Source: an uncultured Chloroflexia bacterium
GTDB taxonomy: Bacteria; Chloroflexota; Limnocylindria; Limnocylindrales; CSP1-4
NCBI GenBank assembly: GCA_963819655.1
Contig: CAWFXA010000002.1
Location: 1,184,001 to 1,248,000 of the forward strand
Length of the DNA stretch: 64,000 nt
Reading direction: 5' to 3'
Numbering within the stretch: the stretch's first letter is position 1; the number at the start of each line of letters is the position of its first letter. A model generated the notes under the pieces. That model was not told where the DNA came from. It did not search any database and saw only the letters and a program-made list of their open reading frames with translations. A program made the position numbers and the translations under genes. Positions 59,532 through 64,000 of the stretch are shown here, in pieces.

Positions 59532-60371
59532 ATGGCCCAGTTCATCGCCCGCCTCGAGCGCTTCGACCTCGTCGGATCGACGAATGACGTCGTCCGGAGC
59601 TGGCTGGCGGACGGCACGCCCGAGGTCTGCCTGGCGATCGCCGACGAACAATCGGCGGGGCGTGGGCGAGATGGCCGGACGTGGTCGGCTCCGGCGGGGG
59701 CCGCGCTCCTTCTGTCGGCTGGTTTCCGGCCGTCGTGGCTCGCTGCAGCTCAGCTGTGGCGGTTGGCGGCTTCGGTGTCGCTGGCGATGGCCGAGGCAGG
59801 CGAGTCGATCGTGGGGCTCCCCGCTGGCTCGATCCGTCTCAAGTGGCCGAACGACCTGGTGGTCGAAGCGGAGGCCGGCGTTCGCAAGCTGGCTGGAGTC
59901 CTCGGAGAATCGACGGGCATCGGGACCGACGATCCGCGTGCCGTCATCGGCATCGGCGTGAACGGCGATTGGCCGACGGATGCGTTCCCGGCGGACCTCG
60001 CCGGCACGATGACGTCACTCCGCGCCCTTGCAGCCGGCCGGCCGATCGACCACGCAGCCCTTCTGGACGCGTTCGTCGAACGCCTTGAAGGACGGGTTGT
60101 CGCGTTGCGCGACGGCCGGTTCGACGTAGACGACTGGGCGGACCGGCAGGTCACGACAGGCCGCGCTGTCGTGCTGATCTCACCGGGCGGGGATGCCACG
60201 ACGGTCAGGGCGCTCGGCGTCGACCCGTCGAGCGGCGTGCTCGTCGTTGCGGATCCGACTGTCGATGGCGGCCAGCGCACGGTCGTCGTGGGCGAGATCC
60301 GTCATGTCCGGGTGCCGGCGATCCCGGAGACCGCCGCGACGTCGGCGGCTGCGGCGCAGGCACGGGTGTAA
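59532..60371 (+). CDS. birA: Biotin--protein ligase (no N-terminal HTH)
   Basis: GSTND, QSAGRGRDGRTW, KWPND, KLAGVL, GIGVN. Confidence 0.92.
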   Translation: MAQFIARLERFDLVGSTNDVVRSWLADGTPEVCLAIADEQSAGRGRDGRTWSAPAGAALLLSAGFRPSWLAAAQLWRLAASVSLAMAEAGESIVGLPAGSIRLKWPNDLVVEAEAGVRKLAGVLGESTGIGTDDPRAVIGIGVNGDWPTDAFPADLAGTMTSLRALAAGRPIDHAALLDAFVERLEGRVVALRDGRFDVDDWADRQVTTGRAVVLISPGGDATTVRALGVDPSSGVLVVADPTVDGGQRTVVVGEIRHVRVPAIPETAATSAAAAQARV

Positions 60372-60375
60372 CGCG

Positions 60376-61014
60376 ATGGCCCGTCCGGCATTGAGGAAGA
60401 CGACGCGGTCCCAGCAGTCCGCTCGCCCACGTCTTGCCCACCTCGATCTTGATCGGTCGCTCGTGGATGCGGCACGGGCCGACCCCGCGCGGTTCGACGC
60501 GCTGTACCGGAAGTACGTTGCCCAGGTGTACAACTACGCGGTCTACGAGCTCGGCGACCATCACGAGGCAGAGGACGCCACGGAGCGGACGTTCCTGTCC
60601 GCCCTGGCTGGCCTGCCGCGGTTCGAGGAGCGCGCCCTCCCGAGGGACGGCGAGGGCGCGTCGACGTTCCGCATCTGGCTGTTCCGGATCGCCCGGAACG
60701 TCGTCAACGAGCGACGCCGTCGCTGGCGCCGCCGGCCCGAAGCACCGCTCGACCTGGCGCTCAGCGCCCCCGACCCGACCGACATCGAGCACGCCGTCGT
60801 CGCGCGCGAATCGGCGCTGTCGGCGTGGCGCGCGGTCGATCGTCTGAGCGGGGATCGCCGGCGCGCTGTCATCCTGCGTTTCGTCCACGAGATGTCGACC
60901 GCCGAGATCGCCGCCATCCTCGGCCGGTCGGAGGGAGCGGTCCGGGTCCTGATCCATCGCGGCCTGCGCGGCGTCGCACGCGACCTGCGCGACCGTCGCG
61001 AGGGGAGTGCGTGA
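60376..61014 (+). CDS. ECF RNA polymerase sigma factor
   Basis: FDALYRKY, EAEDATERTF, FRIWLFRIARN (region 2); STAEIAAILGRSEGAVRVLIHRG (region 4). Confidence 0.92.
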   Translation: MARPALRKTTRSQQSARPRLAHLDLDRSLVDAARADPARFDALYRKYVAQVYNYAVYELGDHHEAEDATERTFLSALAGLPRFEERALPRDGEGASTFRIWLFRIARNVVNERRRRWRRRPEAPLDLALSAPDPTDIEHAVVARESALSAWRAVDRLSGDRRRAVILRFVHEMSTAEIAAILGRSEGAVRVLIHRGLRGVARDLRDRREGSA

Positions 61015-61457
61015 CCGTCGGGTCGTCCGCGCGTGACGGGGAGATCGAGGCGCTCGTGGTCGATCGATATCTCGAATCGCTGCTCGCGCGCGCGCCGCGC
61101 GACACGGCGGACGTGCCCGAGGACCTGCGGGTGACCGCCGAGCGGCTGGCGACCGGCCTGCCGCGCTATCACCCGTCCTTCCGCTTCGAGGATGAGCTGG
61201 CCGCGCGCCTCGCGCTGGCCGCGGGTTCGGCGACCGGCACGATCGGCGAGGTGATCGACTTCCGCGCGCCGCGGCCGCGCGACCGCGGCGCGACCGATGA
61301 CGGCCGTGGCCAGGTTCGCCCGGTGGTGATCGGCGGCGTGGTCACATCGGCGGCGATCTCGCTCGCGGCCGCGTGGATGGCGTGGCGGCGCGGCCGGCCG
61401 CCCGCCGACGCGATGACGCGCGCCATGCGCGCCGTGGCCCGGACGAGGATCGTCTGA
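61011..61457 (+). CDS. Putative single-TM anti-sigma factor
   Basis: GTG overlaps sigma stop; PSFRFEDELAARL helix; one TM; stop overlaps accD ATG. Confidence 0.6.
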   Translation: MTVGSSARDGEIEALVVDRYLESLLARAPRDTADVPEDLRVTAERLATGLPRYHPSFRFEDELAARLALAAGSATGTIGEVIDFRAPRPRDRGATDDGRGQVRPVVIGGVVTSAAISLAAAWMAWRRGRPPADAMTRAMRAVARTRIV

Positions 61458-63433
61458 TGCCGCTCAAGCTGCCCTCGTTCCGCGCCCGGCGCGATGTCTA
61501 CCCGCCGGACCTGTGGACCAAGTGCCCGACGTGCTCGACGATGCTGTTCAACAAGCAGCTCGAGAAGAACCTCAGGGTCTGCACCACGTGCGGCCACCAC
61601 TTCCGCCTGTCGGCCGAGGCACGCCTGGACCACCTGCTCGATCCGGGCACCTGGTCGGAGCGCGACCCCGGGCTGCAATCGGTCGACGCGCTCGGGTTCG
61701 TCGACCAGAAGCCCTACCCGGACCGGCTCGCTGCGGCCCAGCTCGCCACCGGCATGCGCGACGCGGCCGTTTGGGGCACAGGGTCGATCGGCGGCCACGA
61801 GATCGCGATCTGCGTGATGGATTTCGGGTTCATGGGCGGGTCGATGGGCGCGGTCGTCGGGGAGAAGGTCACACGGGCAGCCGAGCACGCGCTCGCCGCG
61901 CGGGTGCCGTTGGTCGTCGTGAGTGCGTCGGGCGGTGCCCGGATGCAGGAGGGCACGCTCGCGCTCATGCAGCTCGCCAAGACGCTTGCTGCGCTCGAGC
62001 GACTGCGGGCGAGCGGCGTGCCGTTCTTCTCGGTCCTGTCCGACCCCACGACCGGCGGCGTCTTCGCGTCGTTCGCCGCGGTCGGCGACGTCAATATCGC
62101 GGAGCCCGACGCGCTGATCGGATTCGCGGGGGCACGCGTGACGGCCGGGACGATCGCGGCGGAGCTGCCGCCTGGGTTCCAGCGGGCCGAGTTCCTGTTC
62201 AGCCACGGCTTCGTCGACCGGGTCGTCGCGCGGTCGGAGCTGCACGATGAGCTCGCTAGCCTGCTCCGACTGCTCCCGTCGCGCGGCGCGTTCGTCGAGC
62301 CGGAACCCGACGAGGATGTGCCGGCTTTCCGGCCATTCTCGTTCCTGACGACGATCGCCGACCGGGTGGGTGAGCTCGCGAACGGCGACGGCGCGACCGA
62401 CGACGACGAGGCCGCAGCTCCGACGCCGCCCGTCACGGTGCCCGCCGTGGATCCGGACGGTGCCGTGGCGATCGCGCCCTTGAACGACAAGGCACGCGAC
62501 GACGTGTGGGCCCGCGTCCAGCTCGCTCGCAGCCTGCGCAGGCCCCGGACGCTCGAATTCCTCGACGCGATGGCCGACGAGTTCGTCGAGCTGCACGGCG
62601 ATCGCCTGTTCGGCGACGACGCCGCGATCGTGGCCGGTCTGGCACGCATCGGTGGCAGGCGCCTAGCGGTGATCGGCCAGCAGAAGGGCGCGGACACCGA
62701 CGAGAACATCCGGCGCAACTTCGGCATGCCCCATCCCGAGGGCTATCGCAAGGCCATGCGGGTCATGGAGCTCGCCGAGCGTGCCGGCCTGCCGGTCGTC
62801 ACGTTCGTTGACGTCCCCGGCGCCCACCCGGGTCCAGAGTCGGAGGAGCGCGGCATCGCCGAGGCCATCGCCCGCTCGATCGGCCTGATGAGCCGCCTCC
62901 GGACGCCGATCGTGACGGTCATCACGGGGGAAGGCGGCTCCGGCGGGGCGTTGGCCATCGCGGTCGGCGACGTCGTGATCGCCCTCGAGAACGCGGTGTA
63001 TTCCGTCATCAGTCCCGAAGGCTGTGCGTCGATCCTGTGGCGGACGTCGGACGAAGCCGCGACCGCGGCCGCCGCGATGCGGATGTCGGCGGCCGACCAA
63101 CACGCGCTCGGCGTGATCGACATCGTGGTGCCGGAGCCAGGCGAGGGCGCACACGCAGAGCCCGAGGCGACAGCCGATCGGCTCCGCTCGATCATCCTCG
63201 ACAGGCTCGACGCGCTCGCTCCGCTGCCGATCGACACGCTTCTCGAGCAGCGCTACCGACGCTACCGTGCTCTGGGCGCCTACACTGAGGTCGCTCGACC
63301 CGAGGTGCCCGGGCGCGTGGACCGGAGTCTCGCCGATCGCCTGCGCGATCTGCTCGATCCGGCCCGGCGGGGACTCGTCGGGTTCGAAGGCTGGTCCCGT
63401 GACGACGATCCACCGGCTCGCGAGGAGGTATAG
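61457..63433 (+). CDS. accDA: Fused acetyl-CoA carboxylase carboxyltransferase beta+alpha
   Basis: AccD: WTKCPTC..C..CGHH, FMGGSMG, SGGARMQEG, PTTGGV; AccA: FVELHGDR, RNFGMPHPEGYRKA, GEGGSGGALA, YSVISPEGCASILW. Confidence 0.93.
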   Translation: MPLKLPSFRARRDVYPPDLWTKCPTCSTMLFNKQLEKNLRVCTTCGHHFRLSAEARLDHLLDPGTWSERDPGLQSVDALGFVDQKPYPDRLAAAQLATGMRDAAVWGTGSIGGHEIAICVMDFGFMGGSMGAVVGEKVTRAAEHALAARVPLVVVSASGGARMQEGTLALMQLAKTLAALERLRASGVPFFSVLSDPTTGGVFASFAAVGDVNIAEPDALIGFAGARVTAGTIAAELPPGFQRAEFLFSHGFVDRVVARSELHDELASLLRLLPSRGAFVEPEPDEDVPAFRPFSFLTTIADRVGELANGDGATDDDEAAAPTPPVTVPAVDPDGAVAIAPLNDKARDDVWARVQLARSLRRPRTLEFLDAMADEFVELHGDRLFGDDAAIVAGLARIGGRRLAVIGQQKGADTDENIRRNFGMPHPEGYRKAMRVMELAERAGLPVVTFVDVPGAHPGPESEERGIAEAIARSIGLMSRLRTPIVTVITGEGGSGGALAIAVGDVVIALENAVYSVISPEGCASILWRTSDEAATAAAAMRMSAADQHALGVIDIVVPEPGEGAHAEPEATADRLRSIILDRLDALAPLPIDTLLEQRYRRYRALGAYTEVARPEVPGRVDRSLADRLRDLLDPARRGLVGFEGWSRDDDPPAREEV

Positions 63434-63436
63434 CGC

Positions 63437-64000
63437 GTGCCAGATCAGGTACCGGCCGACGCCCGACGATCGCGTGATGACGGCGAGCGTGCCGCCGACC
63501 ACGCAGCGATCGATCGCCTCACCGGCGAGCTCCTGCCCGCGCTGATCGCGAAGCTCGGGGCGACGGGCCTCGGCGAGCTCGAGGTGCGAGAGGGAGCCTG
63601 GCGCGTGAGGCTCCGGCGTCCCGCAGGTCCGCCAGTCGGCACCCGCGAGCGTCGTGCCAGCGATCGTGGCGGCGCCGCCGACCGGCTGACGGAGCGGTTG
63701 CCCGAGCGGCCGCCCCGCGCCCAGCACCTGCATCCCCACCCGGAACCCCCGGCCACAGCCCGTTCGGATTCGCGGAGCGTGGCCACGTCACCGGCGGTCG
63801 GCATCTACCAGCCGCGCAAGGACCTGACGATCGGCTCGCGCGTGCGCGCCGGAGATCGATTGGGTGCTGTCGACATGCTCGGCGTCGCGCAGGAGGTGGT
63901 CGCCCCGATCGACGGCGTCGTGGGCACCAGCCTGGTCGAGCCTGGCGAGGCCGTCGAGTACGGCCAGGAGCTGATCGTCGTCGAGCTCGCCGTCCCGATG
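63437..64000 (+). CDS. BCCP-like biotinyl-domain protein lacking the biotin-accepting Lys (runs off window end)
   Basis: Manual translation (absent from ORF track): SD GAGGAGG, GTG; LGELEVREGAWRVRLRR N-domain; SPAVGIY...GDRLGAVDMLGVAQEVVAPIDG...VEPGEAVEYGQEL. Confidence 0.85.
   Translation, partial: MPDQVPADARRSRDDGERAADHAAIDRLTGELLPALIAKLGATGLGELEVREGAWRVRLRRPAGPPVGTRERRASDRGGAADRLTERLPERPPRAQHLHPHPEPPATARSDSRSVATSPAVGIYQPRKDLTIGSRVRAGDRLGAVDMLGVAQEVVAPIDGVVGTSLVEPGEAVEYGQELIVVELAVPM

Overview
A high-GC (about 70% by eye) bacterial core-genome window. Gene content and style suggest Chloroflexota, possibly Limnocylindria; this is inference and was not tested. In order it contains: rpsU-yqeY-7TM/HD(PgpH-like)-ybeY; a MarR gene and a lipoprotein; pth-mfd-MFS; a SAM-cycle/salvage cluster (apt, mtnA, GNAT, ahcY, S9 peptidase, metK); a polyamine ABC transporter with an XRE-cupin regulator; manC-manB-cupin; several secreted or lipoprotein genes; a cobalamin-riboswitch-led btuFCD-cobSUTC salvage operon; a divergent ureohydrolase/aminotransferase pair; a Pro-Thr stalk protein coupled to a GAF-GGDEF-EAL protein; yidB, surE, AI-2E and trpS; a frameshift-riddled BMP-type nucleoside ABC operon with a deaminase; hom-thrC-thrB; lysC; and birA-ECF sigma-anti-sigma-accDA fusion followed by a BCCP-like gene. 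I saw no rRNA, tRNA, CRISPR array or transposase. The strongest leads are (1) a BCCP homologue in the acc operon with Gly in place of the biotin-accepting Lys, like plant BADC proteins, co-encoded with an ECF sigma/anti-sigma pair; (2) a 22-bp palindrome occurring as two pairs 54 kb apart; (3) a structured orphan leader upstream of the nucleoside transporter; and (4) catalytic-motif variants of a matrixin-like protein and a ureohydrolase. All calls come from reading the sequence and motifs by eye; no searches were run.
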